Source of the DNA: Prosthecobacter debontii
GTDB lineage: Bacteria > Verrucomicrobiota > Verrucomicrobiia > Verrucomicrobiales > Akkermansiaceae
DNA: 64,000 nt
NCBI GenBank assembly: GCA_945870855.1
Contig: CAMBTP010000011.1
Location: 3,767-67,766 of the forward strand
Direction of reading: 5' to 3'
Shown in pieces: positions 18,759 to 30,668 of this stretch (positions within the stretch are counted from its first letter, which is position 1; the number at the start of each line of letters is the position of its first letter). The notes below the pieces were generated by a model. That model saw nothing but the letters and a program-made list of their open reading frames with translations. It was not told the DNA's origin and ran no database searches. The position numbers and the translations under genes are program-made.

Positions 18759-20084
18759 TCACTTGCGCACTGGTGACTTATCCTGAACAGGGATTTCGCC
18801 GCGCAGCATACGCCCGGCTTCGCCAGTGAGCCAGAGGTAGTGATCGCTGGGCAGGCCTTCGTAATTTATGAACGGGCTTTCACCTGCCGGCGGTTCGTTG
18901 GTGCATTTGAAAATCGCAGTGCCTTCGTCCACCTCATCGAACATGGCGACGTAGATCATCGAGGCACCCGCCTTTTTCACGCCGACGAACTGAGACCAAA
19001 GAAACTCGCCCTTTAGCCTTGGGATTTGGTTGGAGGGGTCTTTGGGCTTGAGGTTATGCCAACTGAAACCGGGGAAGACAACAGGCAGGTAATCCATGGA
19101 ATGCCCTTCGCACCACTCGATGTCTTTTTCGTAATATTTCTCAGCGTGAACCTTCACCTGGACGGGGGTGGAGTATCGTCCCACCGACCATGGACTAATC
19201 ACATCGGCTAGCTTGAGCAGATCGTGGAAGTTTTCGTCCTTGATGGAATCGCGGTATTGATCACGCCATCCGGTCGGCACGCCGAGCATCACCGCGCAGC
19301 CGTCGGCTTTGAAAAAATCCACCAATTCGCGACACTCCGCGAGCGTGTAGGAACGAGAGTCGTTAAAGCCAAGCCCCCACACCGCCACGAGCGGCTTACC
19401 CTCGTGGTGCAGGTAGGCGGGATCACTGCCCATCTTCATCTTTTCCCGAAGCATTTTCCAGTCATCAGAAACAGCTTTCGTCCCGCCAGCACGCAGACCA
19501 CTGAGATCATACATGACCGCATAGGCACGTCCGCCACGGTTCGCGCCTTCGCGGGCGTGAGAGAGCACCACGTCCTTGTGATGGCGCAACGATTCGTCCC
19601 TGAGCCCGTTGGCGAAACGCTGCACGAACGCGCCGTCGATGCCGTATTCCTGCATCCATTTGAAATGGCGGAGCACCGTGAAGCGGTTGTGTGAGCTGAA
19701 CACCATGGCGGGCTCGCCGTTCGCGTGTTTGAAAGCGGTGAGGTAACGTTCCGAGGCGGTGTATTCGGACATGTCCGGCCACAGATCGACAGTGACATTA
19801 CCAGGGCCGAAGGGTTTCGATCCGTCACGCGCCCAATGCGTCCAGCTAAGCCCAGCTCCATCTTCCGGAGTGTTGAACCATCCCTGATATCCAGCCATGA
19901 TCTTGCCTTCGAGCGTCTTGGTGTTCACGCCTTTCCTACTTTCCCCCGTGTAGGGAACGAGTGGATCAGAGCTTTGCTCGACCGGTGAATACCCAGGCGG
20001 AACCGTTGACGCCACAGGTTCTTGGACTATAAAAAAAGTGACCAGAAAGATGCTCGCAGCGATGGTGATTAGAGATACTTTCAT
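18759..20084 (-). CDS. Glycoside hydrolase family 71/99-like protein
   Basis: N-terminal signal/TM, GKIMAGYQGWF, YGIDGAFVQRF, MYDLSG, PGFSW, YVAMFDEVDEGTAI. Start placed at 20084 (MKVSL). Confidence 0.8.
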   Translation of the reverse strand: MKVSLITIAASIFLVTFFIVQEPVASTVPPGYSPVEQSSDPLVPYTGESRKGVNTKTLEGKIMAGYQGWFNTPEDGAGLSWTHWARDGSKPFGPGNVTVDLWPDMSEYTASERYLTAFKHANGEPAMVFSSHNRFTVLRHFKWMQEYGIDGAFVQRFANGLRDESLRHHKDVVLSHAREGANRGGRAYAVMYDLSGLRAGGTKAVSDDWKMLREKMKMGSDPAYLHHEGKPLVAVWGLGFNDSRSYTLAECRELVDFFKADGCAVMLGVPTGWRDQYRDSIKDENFHDLLKLADVISPWSVGRYSTPVQVKVHAEKYYEKDIEWCEGHSMDYLPVVFPGFSWHNLKPKDPSNQIPRLKGEFLWSQFVGVKKAGASMIYVAMFDEVDEGTAIFKCTNEPPAGESPFINYEGLPSDHYLWLTGEAGRMLRGEIPVQDKSPVRK

Positions 20085-20149
20085 GGGAACCTTGCCTTCC
20101 GTGCGTTTTAAACAATACCCAACATTTATCATTCAATCGCCGAAAAACA

Positions 20150-20169
20150 AAGTCCCCAAAACGACGACA
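20150..20169 (-). promoter_or_regulatory. Dyad operator-like motif, copy 4 (tgtcgtcgttttggggactt on the minus strand)
   Basis: About 66 nt upstream of the GH71/99-like ATG and co-oriented. Confidence 0.72.
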
Positions 20170-20235
20170 TACATCCCGGAATTGCAGAGCTTGCCTAAGC
20201 AGATTTCCAAACATCCCAGCGCGGGAAATTTTTCA

Positions 20236-20490
20236 CCGGACCGCGAGACTTCAGCTCGCCCCCATGAAGTGACGATGTGAAGCGCGAACGCACAAATCAT
20301 CGGCTTTCCCAAGGGCATCGGCGGATTCTGATCCGCCGCTCCATGCTGTGGAAAATCGCCGCTGGCGGAGCCGCGTTCGCCGGACCGCGAGACTTCAGCT
20401 CGCCCCCATGAAGTGACGATGTGAAGCGCGAACGCATAAATCATCGGCTTTCCCAAGGGCATCGGCGGATTCTGATCCGCCGCTCCATGC
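20236..20490. repeat. 111-bp tandem direct duplication of a REP cluster (period 144 bp)
   Basis: 20236-20346 and 20380-20490 differ at one position. Each unit holds two hairpins with ATGGAG/ATGGGG heads on the minus strand (cggcggat-caga-atccgccg and gcgag-ctgaagt-ctcgc). Confidence 0.9.
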
Positions 20491-20501
20491 CCTATGCCGG
20501 T

Positions 20502-22778
<2,277 letters not shown>

Positions 22779-22845
22779 TCAAGGGATGGGTGGATGTATG
22801 GAATTGGCGATTGCGGTGCGGAGGGGGGGATGTCACTTTAGCTGT

Positions 22846-23676
22846 ATGAAAGTTCGGTTTGATTTAGCGTTATTTAGCTTCGCTTTGGCTGCGGGTCTGG
22901 GATTCGGGCAGGATGAGGAGGCGAAACCCCTGACCCCGGAAGATCTGCTGGAGGATGGGCACGTCCGCGAGGAACTTGGCGTGAACGAATTCACCGCACC
23001 GTCCATCGCAAAACTTTTCGAAACCCTACAATTCCTCATGCCTCTGCCGCTCATCGAGACCGAGCGAGCTCCGGATGAACGGATGCCGTTGGATCGCGCG
23101 GATCTGGCGATCGAACTGGGTTTCCTGATCGCCGACGGATTCCTGATCGTGCAGGCCGGGCAGATGGACAAGGTGGAAATCATGGCAGCCGACCTGTCCC
23201 GTTACGGTAAGGCGCTGGGAGCTGGGGATCGCATCACCCGCCACGCGGCCGCGCTCTTGGAAAGCGCGAAGAAGCAAGATGTGGAGCAGTTGAAAAAGGA
23301 ACTGGCCGCCACGCAGAAGGACGTAGAAATCGAACTCGTGACTCTGCGCGACGCGGATCTCGCACATCTGATTTCCCTAGGCGGCTGGATCCGTGCGCTG
23401 GAGGTATCCACGGTGGCGGTGGACAAGCAATTTTCCCCCGAGCGGGCGACGAAAGTAATGCGCGAGGACATCGCGGACTATTATACGGAGATCGTCGCGG
23501 GGCTGGAGCCGAGGATTTCCGAGCGACCCAACTATCTTGAGATTCGTGATCTATTATCGGGTCTGCGGAATGAAATGGTGATCGAGGAGGGCGTGCCTCC
23601 GACTGCGGAGAAGCTCAAGGAGATCCGCGAACAATCCGCGAAACTCGTGGAGCTGGCGCTGCAGAGACAGGAGTAA
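22846..23676 (+). CDS. Conserved hypothetical secreted all-alpha protein
   Basis: Signal peptide MKVRFDLALFSFALAAGLGFG followed by a well-formed helical sequence. Start placed at 22846. Confidence 0.7.
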   Translation: MKVRFDLALFSFALAAGLGFGQDEEAKPLTPEDLLEDGHVREELGVNEFTAPSIAKLFETLQFLMPLPLIETERAPDERMPLDRADLAIELGFLIADGFLIVQAGQMDKVEIMAADLSRYGKALGAGDRITRHAAALLESAKKQDVEQLKKELAATQKDVEIELVTLRDADLAHLISLGGWIRALEVSTVAVDKQFSPERATKVMREDIADYYTEIVAGLEPRISERPNYLEIRDLLSGLRNEMVIEEGVPPTAEKLKEIREQSAKLVELALQRQE

Positions 23677-23712
23677 AAAACTCTAAATTTTAATTTTCAA
23701 ACCTTAAGGAAG

Positions 23713-24546
23713 ATGGAGAAGGTCGCGTTATTGGGGTTGGGAATTGTGGGCTCGCGGGTGCGCGAGAGGCTGCTGACTGCGGGTTATCCCGTGAGCAGCT
23801 GGAGCCGGACGCAGCGCGGGCTGGAGGGACAAAAGACCACGCCGGAAGAGGCGGTGGCGGACGCGGATCTTGTATCGGTCTATCTCAAGGATACGCCGAT
23901 GGTGCGGGAGGTATTCACGAAGGCGAAGGACAGTCTGAAGCGCGGTGCGTTGGTATTGAACCACTCGACCATCGACCTACCGACGACTCTATGGCTCGCC
24001 GAGCAGTGCGCAGCGAAAGGCTGCGATTTCCTCGACGCGCCTTTCACCGGCAGCAAGGATGCCTCGGCTTCTGGGCAGTTGCTGTATTACACCGGCGGTG
24101 ATGAGAAACTAGTCGCGAAGGTTTCCGATTTCCTCGCGGCAACCTCGAAAGGTCGCATCCACTGCGGCGAGGTCGGCGCGGCGACGGTGACGAAACTCGC
24201 CACGAACCTGATCTCCGCTTGCACGGTTCAGGCAATGAGCGAGGCAATGGCCATCGCGGTGAGGCACGGTGTATCACCAGAAATTTTTACGGAAGCGGCG
24301 ACGCGCAACGGCAGTGGCTCGGCGCTTATGGCGATGAAATATCCCGGAATGATCCAAGGTAATTTCGAGCCGCATTTCACCATGGCGAACATGTGGAAGG
24401 ACAGCCGCTACGCGCTCGCACTCGCAGAATCCTCCGGCATTGAGCTCCCCGCGATCCGCGCCGTTTCCGCGAGGATGGGCGCGATGTGCGAGGAAGGTTG
24501 CGCGGATCTGGATTTCTCGGCCTTAGCCAAAGCGTATGAAAGCTGA
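23713..24546 (+). CDS. NAD(P)-dependent oxidoreductase, 3-hydroxyisobutyrate dehydrogenase family
   Basis: Rossmann motif LLGLGIVG, HSTI, FLDAPFTGS, KLATN, KDSRYAL. Confidence 0.9.
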   Translation: MEKVALLGLGIVGSRVRERLLTAGYPVSSWSRTQRGLEGQKTTPEEAVADADLVSVYLKDTPMVREVFTKAKDSLKRGALVLNHSTIDLPTTLWLAEQCAAKGCDFLDAPFTGSKDASASGQLLYYTGGDEKLVAKVSDFLAATSKGRIHCGEVGAATVTKLATNLISACTVQAMSEAMAIAVRHGVSPEIFTEAATRNGSGSALMAMKYPGMIQGNFEPHFTMANMWKDSRYALALAESSGIELPAIRAVSARMGAMCEEGCADLDFSALAKAYES

Positions 24547-25222
24547 GCTCGGTGAGAAGCCCGGCGCGCTGGAATTCAGCGGGCCCGATGCAGTGCGTTT
24601 TCTCAACGGGCAGATTACCCAGGATGTGCGGAAAGTGATGGGCACAGGGCTGGTGCTTCCAAGTTGTGTCACGGATGCAAAGGGAAAGCTTCAGTTCCGA
24701 GTGTGGATCGCGGAAGGTTGCGGCGGCGTGCTGGTGATCTGCCGCGAGGGCATGACAGAGGATCTGGAGGCACGGCTGACGCGGTATCTCATCGCCGATG
24801 ACGTGGAGGTGCGGGATGTCAGCGACAATTTCCGAATCGAGGATTTCGGTTTCTCGGAAATGGACGAGGCGGAGCGGATTGCGGCGGGCATTCCGAAGTG
24901 GGGCGCGGAGCTCAAGGAAGGCATGTTGCCGCCCGAGGCCGGTCTGGACGCCACGGACATTTCCTACAACAAGGGCTGCTACATCGGACAGGAGGTTATT
25001 TCCCGCATCAAAAGCGCGGGCAAGGTGAACCGGCGGCTCACGAAATTCGTTTTCGAGAGCGAAGGAATAACCGGCGAGATCACGAACATAGACGGCAAAG
25101 TCTGCGGCGAGGTCACCAGCGCTTCAGGACAGCTCGGACTGGGGTATCTGAAACGGAGCACAGATGAAGGAACCGCTCTTTTTGTCGCCGGCTCTCCCGT
25201 CAAGACTATGGCTTTATCATGA
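24536..25222 (+). CDS. ygfZ: YgfZ/GcvT-family folate-binding protein
   Basis: GPDAVRFLNGQITQDV and signature KGCYIGQEVISR. Confidence 0.9.
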   Translation: MKAELGEKPGALEFSGPDAVRFLNGQITQDVRKVMGTGLVLPSCVTDAKGKLQFRVWIAEGCGGVLVICREGMTEDLEARLTRYLIADDVEVRDVSDNFRIEDFGFSEMDEAERIAAGIPKWGAELKEGMLPPEAGLDATDISYNKGCYIGQEVISRIKSAGKVNRRLTKFVFESEGITGEITNIDGKVCGEVTSASGQLGLGYLKRSTDEGTALFVAGSPVKTMALS

Positions 25223-25271
25223 TGCAAATTTCCTCTTTCCAGAAAGACTTCCGTGTCCATATTCCACACAC

Positions 25272-26885
25272 ATGACTTCGGATTTCCTGGTGATCGGCGC
25301 GGGCATAGCGGGCTTATCGTTTGCCTTGCGCGCGGCGAAGCACGGTAAGGTGATCATTTTGACGAAAGGGCGAGCCGAGGAATCGAACACCGCGTGGGCT
25401 CAGGGTGGGATCGCCTCCGTGCTGCCCGCTAAACTCCGCGCCGAGGGCGACTCCGTCGAAAACCACGTGGCCGACACGCTGGACGCGGGCGCGGGACTTT
25501 GCAACGAGGAGGTCGTGCGGCGCATCGTCGAGGAGGGTGATAACACCATCGAGGATCTTCTGGGTTATGGAGTGGAGTTCGACAAAGAAGACGATCATTT
25601 CATGCTGGGAAAAGAGGGCGGACACAGCCACCGCCGCATCCTCCATGCCCGCGACACCACCGGGCGCGAGGTCGCGCGCGCCTTGCTGGAGGCCGCCCGC
25701 CGCGAGCCTAATATCGACTTACTCGAAAACCATTTCGTGATCGACCTTATCACCGCCGCGCGGCTGGGGGCTGTTTCCAACGACCGCGTGCTCGGTGCCT
25801 ACGTGCTCCAGCGGGAAACTGGCGAGGTCGCGGTGTTCCGCTCCGACCGCGTAGTGCTCGCGGCCGGTGGCTGTGGGAAAGTTTATCTCTATACCACGAA
25901 CCCCGACTCCGCGACCGGTGACGGCGTCGCGCTCGGCTGGCGTGCGGGCGCGACCGTGGCAAACATGGAGTTCATCCAGTTCCATCCTACTTGTTTCTAC
26001 AACCCGGCGGCCACCGGACCAGAGGCGAGGTCGTTTCTGGTAAGTGAGGCGGTCCGCGGCGAGGGCGGGATTTTGAGAAATGCCAAGGGCGAGGATTTCA
26101 CTAAAAAAATCGACCCGCGAGGCTCGCTCGCACCACGTGATATCGTCGCCCGCGCCATCGACCAAGAGATTAAAAGAACCGGGGCACCCTGCGTTTATCT
26201 CGATGTCACCCACAAGCCGCCGGGCTTCATACGCGAGCATTTTCCCTACATTTACGAGACGCTGATGAAGTTCGGCGTGGATTGCGAGACCACCCCCATC
26301 CCGGTTGTCCCGGCGGCGCATTACATGTGCGGCGGTGTGAAAACAGATGTCACCGGAAAGACCTCGATACGCGGGCTGTTCGCCGTCGGCGAGGTCGGCT
26401 GCACAGGCTTACATGGCGCAAACCGTCTGGCCTCGAATTCCCTACTCGAAGGCAACGTCGTAGGCCGCCTCGCACTTGCGGAAATGATGCGCCTCTACCC
26501 TCCCGACAAGGCCGCGATGGACACGCCACCAATCCCCGAGTGGCACCACGGCGATGTTGCAGAACCCGACGAACTCGTCGTCATCTATCACAACTGGGAC
26601 GAGATCCGCCGCCTGATGTGGGACTATGTTTCCATCGTCCGCACCGACAACCGCCTGCGCCGCGCCGCCGCCCGCCTGCGTAACCTCAAAAAAGAAGTCC
26701 GCGAGTTCTACTGGGGGCATCGAGTAAACGCCGATATTCTAGAACTACGCAACCTCGTCGCCATCGCAGGCCTCATCGTCGAGTGCGGACTGAGACGGCG
26801 AGAATCGCGCGGACTACACTTCACCCTCGACCATCCAGAAAGCGACGAGTGTTTCCGCAAGGATACGACACTGAGGAAATTCTGA
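25272..26885 (+). CDS. nadB: L-aspartate oxidase
   Basis: DFLVIGAGIAGL, SNTAWAQGGIA, KEGGHSHRRILH, MEFIQFHPT, SEAVRGEGG, PRDIVARAI, HYMCGG, GLHGANRLASNSLLE, ESRGLH. Start placed at 25272. Confidence 0.96.
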   Translation: MTSDFLVIGAGIAGLSFALRAAKHGKVIILTKGRAEESNTAWAQGGIASVLPAKLRAEGDSVENHVADTLDAGAGLCNEEVVRRIVEEGDNTIEDLLGYGVEFDKEDDHFMLGKEGGHSHRRILHARDTTGREVARALLEAARREPNIDLLENHFVIDLITAARLGAVSNDRVLGAYVLQRETGEVAVFRSDRVVLAAGGCGKVYLYTTNPDSATGDGVALGWRAGATVANMEFIQFHPTCFYNPAATGPEARSFLVSEAVRGEGGILRNAKGEDFTKKIDPRGSLAPRDIVARAIDQEIKRTGAPCVYLDVTHKPPGFIREHFPYIYETLMKFGVDCETTPIPVVPAAHYMCGGVKTDVTGKTSIRGLFAVGEVGCTGLHGANRLASNSLLEGNVVGRLALAEMMRLYPPDKAAMDTPPIPEWHHGDVAEPDELVVIYHNWDEIRRLMWDYVSIVRTDNRLRRAAARLRNLKKEVREFYWGHRVNADILELRNLVAIAGLIVECGLRRRESRGLHFTLDHPESDECFRKDTTLRKF

Positions 26886-26922
26886 GTAGCGTGGCGGCGG
26901 ATTTTACAATCTGCCCCTATGT

Positions 26923-28341
26923 TCACTCTGCGAAGATAATTTCTCCTGGATCACTATTTTTTTCCCTGCCTAAGGGATCAAAAAGATCCTTGCTGGTGAT
27001 ATAGAGCATGAGGGACATGAGTGCGAGAGCGCATACCGTCTGCATGATTTCCAGCGCCTTTGCCTGCACCGGTCTACCGGCGAGTTTTTCGAGAATGGCA
27101 AGAGTGATGTGGCCGCCATCCAAGACCGGGAATGGCAGCATGTTCAGCACCGCGAGGTTCACGTTGAATAGAACCATAAATGCGAGAATGCGACGCCAGC
27201 CGTTCTCCGTCAGAAGAAGCTGATAGAGCATTTTCCCGATACCCACCGGCCCGCTGAGTTGATCCACTCCGATACTCGATTTAGGATCTGCTACCTTGGA
27301 AATCGTAACCCACATCATTTTAAGGCTGTCACCAACTTGGGCAATGGGGTTCGGGTGGACGATGCGGACATCTACGTCGCCAGTTTGATCCCAGATCACG
27401 CCGATCATCGGATCTCTGCCTTTTGGTTTTAACGGAGATTGGGGCGTAATTTCCACAACCACTTCTTCACCGCCAGCCTTTTTGATGCCGAAGCTCACTG
27501 TCTTGTTGTCCTTCGCCTTGAGATACTGCGCGAGCTGGATATTACTAAAAAGTTCGTTGCCGTCCACGGTGACGATCACATCACTCTTTCTCAGACCCGC
27601 CTTGTCAGCGGGGCTGCCCTTGAGAACTCCATCGATCAAGGCTTTGCCTGCCGGGGCGAGGCCAACTTGGCGCATGCCGGTGCGCTGGAACCATTTACTC
27701 TCCGGAATTTCGAATTCACTAATAAGCTTGAGCGGCTCCTCGACACCGGGACGTTTCACCGTGAACTCGATCCTGTCTCCGCTGCTGAGCACGATACGCT
27801 CAGTGATGCTTTCCAGCGTCCCCGCGAAGCCGTTCACCTGCTCGCCGTTCACTGCGAGGATCACATCACCCGGCTGCATGCCTGCTTTCTCTGCGGGCAT
27901 TCCTTTCTCCACATAACCCACCACTGTACTGGGCACGAAATCCTTCGGCTTTCCCACACCCCAGACAATAAGCCCGGCAGTAAGAGCAAGCAGTATGGAG
28001 AATAGTGGCCCGGCGAAGGCGACGATGATCTTATCCAGCGGCGTGATGGGTGGCAGGGGTTTGCGATCCTTGTCGCCGCCTTCAATCGCCTCCATCGGCG
28101 CCATCTGCGGCAGCGCCACAAAGCCTCCCGCCGGGATCCAACCGAGGCCGTATTGAACGCCCTTGTATTCCTTTTTCCAAATCGGCTTACCAAACCAGAT
28201 CTGGAAACGATCAATCTGAAGCCCCCGCCATTTCCCCGCAAGGAAGTGGCCAAGCTCGTGGACGAAGATGATGATATTAAAAAGCATCACCACGACAAAG
28301 ATTAGGAGCAGGACTTGGAGGGCTGTTTGGAGGGTGGTCAT
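26923..28341 (-). CDS. rseP: RIP metalloprotease RseP (site-2 protease with PDZ domains)
   Basis: HELGH, AGP, two PDZ segments, NMLPFPVLDGG. Start placed at 28341. Confidence 0.95.
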   Translation of the reverse strand: MTTLQTALQVLLLIFVVVMLFNIIIFVHELGHFLAGKWRGLQIDRFQIWFGKPIWKKEYKGVQYGLGWIPAGGFVALPQMAPMEAIEGGDKDRKPLPPITPLDKIIVAFAGPLFSILLALTAGLIVWGVGKPKDFVPSTVVGYVEKGMPAEKAGMQPGDVILAVNGEQVNGFAGTLESITERIVLSSGDRIEFTVKRPGVEEPLKLISEFEIPESKWFQRTGMRQVGLAPAGKALIDGVLKGSPADKAGLRKSDVIVTVDGNELFSNIQLAQYLKAKDNKTVSFGIKKAGGEEVVVEITPQSPLKPKGRDPMIGVIWDQTGDVDVRIVHPNPIAQVGDSLKMMWVTISKVADPKSSIGVDQLSGPVGIGKMLYQLLLTENGWRRILAFMVLFNVNLAVLNMLPFPVLDGGHITLAILEKLAGRPVQAKALEIMQTVCALALMSLMLYITSKDLFDPLGREKNSDPGEIIFAE

Positions 28342-28451
28342 GAGTATCGAATTGAAAGCACGGAAAACTACCCGCCTAGGAAAATCCCGCAAGTCTTTCC
28401 ACCTTCGCCGCTTTGCGTTGAAAACTCCGCTTTTCCCGCCAAGCTTCCCGC

Positions 28452-30515
28452 GTGACCTCCGGCCAAACCCCGCTCGCCTCCCTCGCGTTCCTTTCCCCCA
28501 AGGAATTGCTGGCTCTGGAGTCCGCCGGCTTCGTGACTGTTGCAGATCTCCTCACCCATTTCCCGAAGCGCTATGAAGATCGCCGCCAGTTCGACAATTT
28601 TCCCAATCTCCCCACCGGCAAACCCGTCTGCCTGCACGGCGGCGTGATCGACGCGGGCACCAAGGGCTTCGGAAAAACGCGTTTCTATGAGGCCGTCATC
28701 ATGGACGGCTCCGGCGGAGTCTTCGGCTCCGGGAAAATCACCTGCCGTTGGTTCAACATGCCCTTCATGTCGAAAGTGATCGCCGCCGGCCAGCAGGTGA
28801 TTGCCTACGGGAAAGTGAAGGAACAAGGCGGGCGCCTCATCATCGACCACCCGGAAATCGAGATCGTTTCCGATGACGGAGAGGAAACGATCCACCTAAA
28901 CCGCATCGTCCCAATCTATAAAAATATCTCCGGCCTCAACCAGCGCCGCCTGCGTGAGATCATCCACTCCGTAGCGGCGGATTGCATCCTCCATGCCGAT
29001 CAGAACCCCCTCCCCTTCCCTTTTTCCGTATCCGTGAACAACCGCACGGAAGACCTTTTCGAAACCCACTTCCCCACCTCCGCCGAATCCTCAAAATCCG
29101 CCCGCCGCCGCTTCGCCCTCGAGTCCTTCTTCACCCTCCAACTCAATGTCGTCTGGCAACGCACCCGCCACCTTTCACAAAATGGTCGTGTGCTTGGAAA
29201 AAAAACCACTCTGCTCAAAGCCTTTTACGAAAGCCTCCCCTTCGACCTCACCGGCGCACAGAAACGATCCATCAAGGAAATCATCGCCGACATGCGCGCG
29301 CCACGCCCCATGAATCGCCTCCTCCAGGGAGATGTCGGCTCCGGGAAAACCTTCGTCGCTCTCGCCTCCATGCTACTCGCCATCGATTCCGGAGCAGACG
29401 CCGCACTGATGGCTCCCACCCAAATCCTCGCCGAGCAGCATTTCCTAACCTTCCGGAAATGGCTGGAGCCGCTCGGCGTAAATCTCGTCCTCCGCACCGC
29501 AATATGGAGAAGGGGTTTGCAACCCCTTTCTTCAACTCAACCCGAACCTCAAGCCCCAACCATTTTCATCGGCACCCACGCCCTGCTCTACGATGAAACT
29601 CTCTTCACCGATCTTGGCCTCGTGGTGATCGACGAGCAGCACAAATTCGGCGTAGCCCAACGCGCCGCCCTGATCCGACAAGGCACTCTCCCAGATGTCC
29701 TCGTAATGACCGCCACGCCCATCCCCCGCTCGCTAACCATGACAATCTACGGCGACCTCGACGTCTCCCTGTTAGATGAGAAACCCGCCGGTCGCGGAAA
29801 AATCGTCACCGCCCTCCGCACCAAGCCGAAGCAGCAGGATATCACCGATTTCGTGAAAGCCCAGCTCGCCGAAGGCCGCCAGGCTTACCTCGTCTATCCG
29901 CTCGTCGAGGAAAGCGATTCCGTGAAAGCCGAATCCGCCACCGAGGCTTTCCCGAAATGGCAAAAACGGCTCGGCGCGGGAAACGTCGGCCTGATCCACG
30001 GCAAGCTGCGCCCTGAGGAAAAAGACGCGGTGATGGAAGATTTCCGCAGCGGAAAAACCAAAGCCCTTGTCGCAACCACCGTGATCGAAGTCGGCGTGGA
30101 TGTCCCCAACGCGAACCTGATGATCCTCCACCACGCCGAGCGCTTCGGCCTTGCCCAGATCCATCAGCTACGAGGTCGAATCGGACGTGGCGAGCACAAG
30201 TCCTACTGCATCCTCCTCACCGATTCTAAAATCCCCGAGGCCATCGAGAAACTCAATATCCTCGAAAAATCCTCAGACGGCTTCGAGATCGCCGAAGCCG
30301 ACCTCCGCCTCCGCGGCCCAGGCGACATCCTCGGCACCGCCCAATCCGGCCTCACCGATCTCCGCTTCGCCGATTTCATAACTGATACCGAATTGATACG
30401 CGAAGCGCGCTCACTCGCCGATCAAGTTTTCAGGGAAGATCCGGATCTAACAGGAATCTACGCGAACCTCCGCCCATTCATCAACGAAAGCACCGCGCCG
30501 CAGGGGGCGCATTGA
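28452..30515 (+). CDS. recG: ATP-dependent DNA helicase RecG
   Basis: OB/wedge N-terminus, MNRLLQGDVGSGKT, MAPTQILAEQH, IDEQHKFGVAQR, MTATPIPRSL, TTVIEVGVDVPNA, QLRGRIGRG, DLRLRGPGD. Confidence 0.97.
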   Translation: MTSGQTPLASLAFLSPKELLALESAGFVTVADLLTHFPKRYEDRRQFDNFPNLPTGKPVCLHGGVIDAGTKGFGKTRFYEAVIMDGSGGVFGSGKITCRWFNMPFMSKVIAAGQQVIAYGKVKEQGGRLIIDHPEIEIVSDDGEETIHLNRIVPIYKNISGLNQRRLREIIHSVAADCILHADQNPLPFPFSVSVNNRTEDLFETHFPTSAESSKSARRRFALESFFTLQLNVVWQRTRHLSQNGRVLGKKTTLLKAFYESLPFDLTGAQKRSIKEIIADMRAPRPMNRLLQGDVGSGKTFVALASMLLAIDSGADAALMAPTQILAEQHFLTFRKWLEPLGVNLVLRTAIWRRGLQPLSSTQPEPQAPTIFIGTHALLYDETLFTDLGLVVIDEQHKFGVAQRAALIRQGTLPDVLVMTATPIPRSLTMTIYGDLDVSLLDEKPAGRGKIVTALRTKPKQQDITDFVKAQLAEGRQAYLVYPLVEESDSVKAESATEAFPKWQKRLGAGNVGLIHGKLRPEEKDAVMEDFRSGKTKALVATTVIEVGVDVPNANLMILHHAERFGLAQIHQLRGRIGRGEHKSYCILLTDSKIPEAIEKLNILEKSSDGFEIAEADLRLRGPGDILGTAQSGLTDLRFADFITDTELIREARSLADQVFREDPDLTGIYANLRPFINESTAPQGAH
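29501..29529 (+). repeat. ATGGAG-family REP arm embedded in frame in recG
   Basis: aatatggagaaggggtttgcaaccccttt is 28/29 identical to the intergenic copy at 41301-41329. Confidence 0.85.
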
Positions 30516-30668
30516 TCAATCACTTTCCGATTATGCGATACACCGCACTGCTCAGATCCGTGAAGCAAAGCTCGCCTTCCACGTCCTCGCCGAAGGAGTA
30601 GATGAGATTGATGCTCCGCCTTTGGGTGGAAGTTCGCGGCTCTGGTCGGTGAAGCCGCTTACCCTGTA

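Noticed and set aside
20236-20490. Direct repeats as a possible CRISPR array
   Set aside because: Only two 111-bp units with one linker, built from REP hairpins, and no cas genes.
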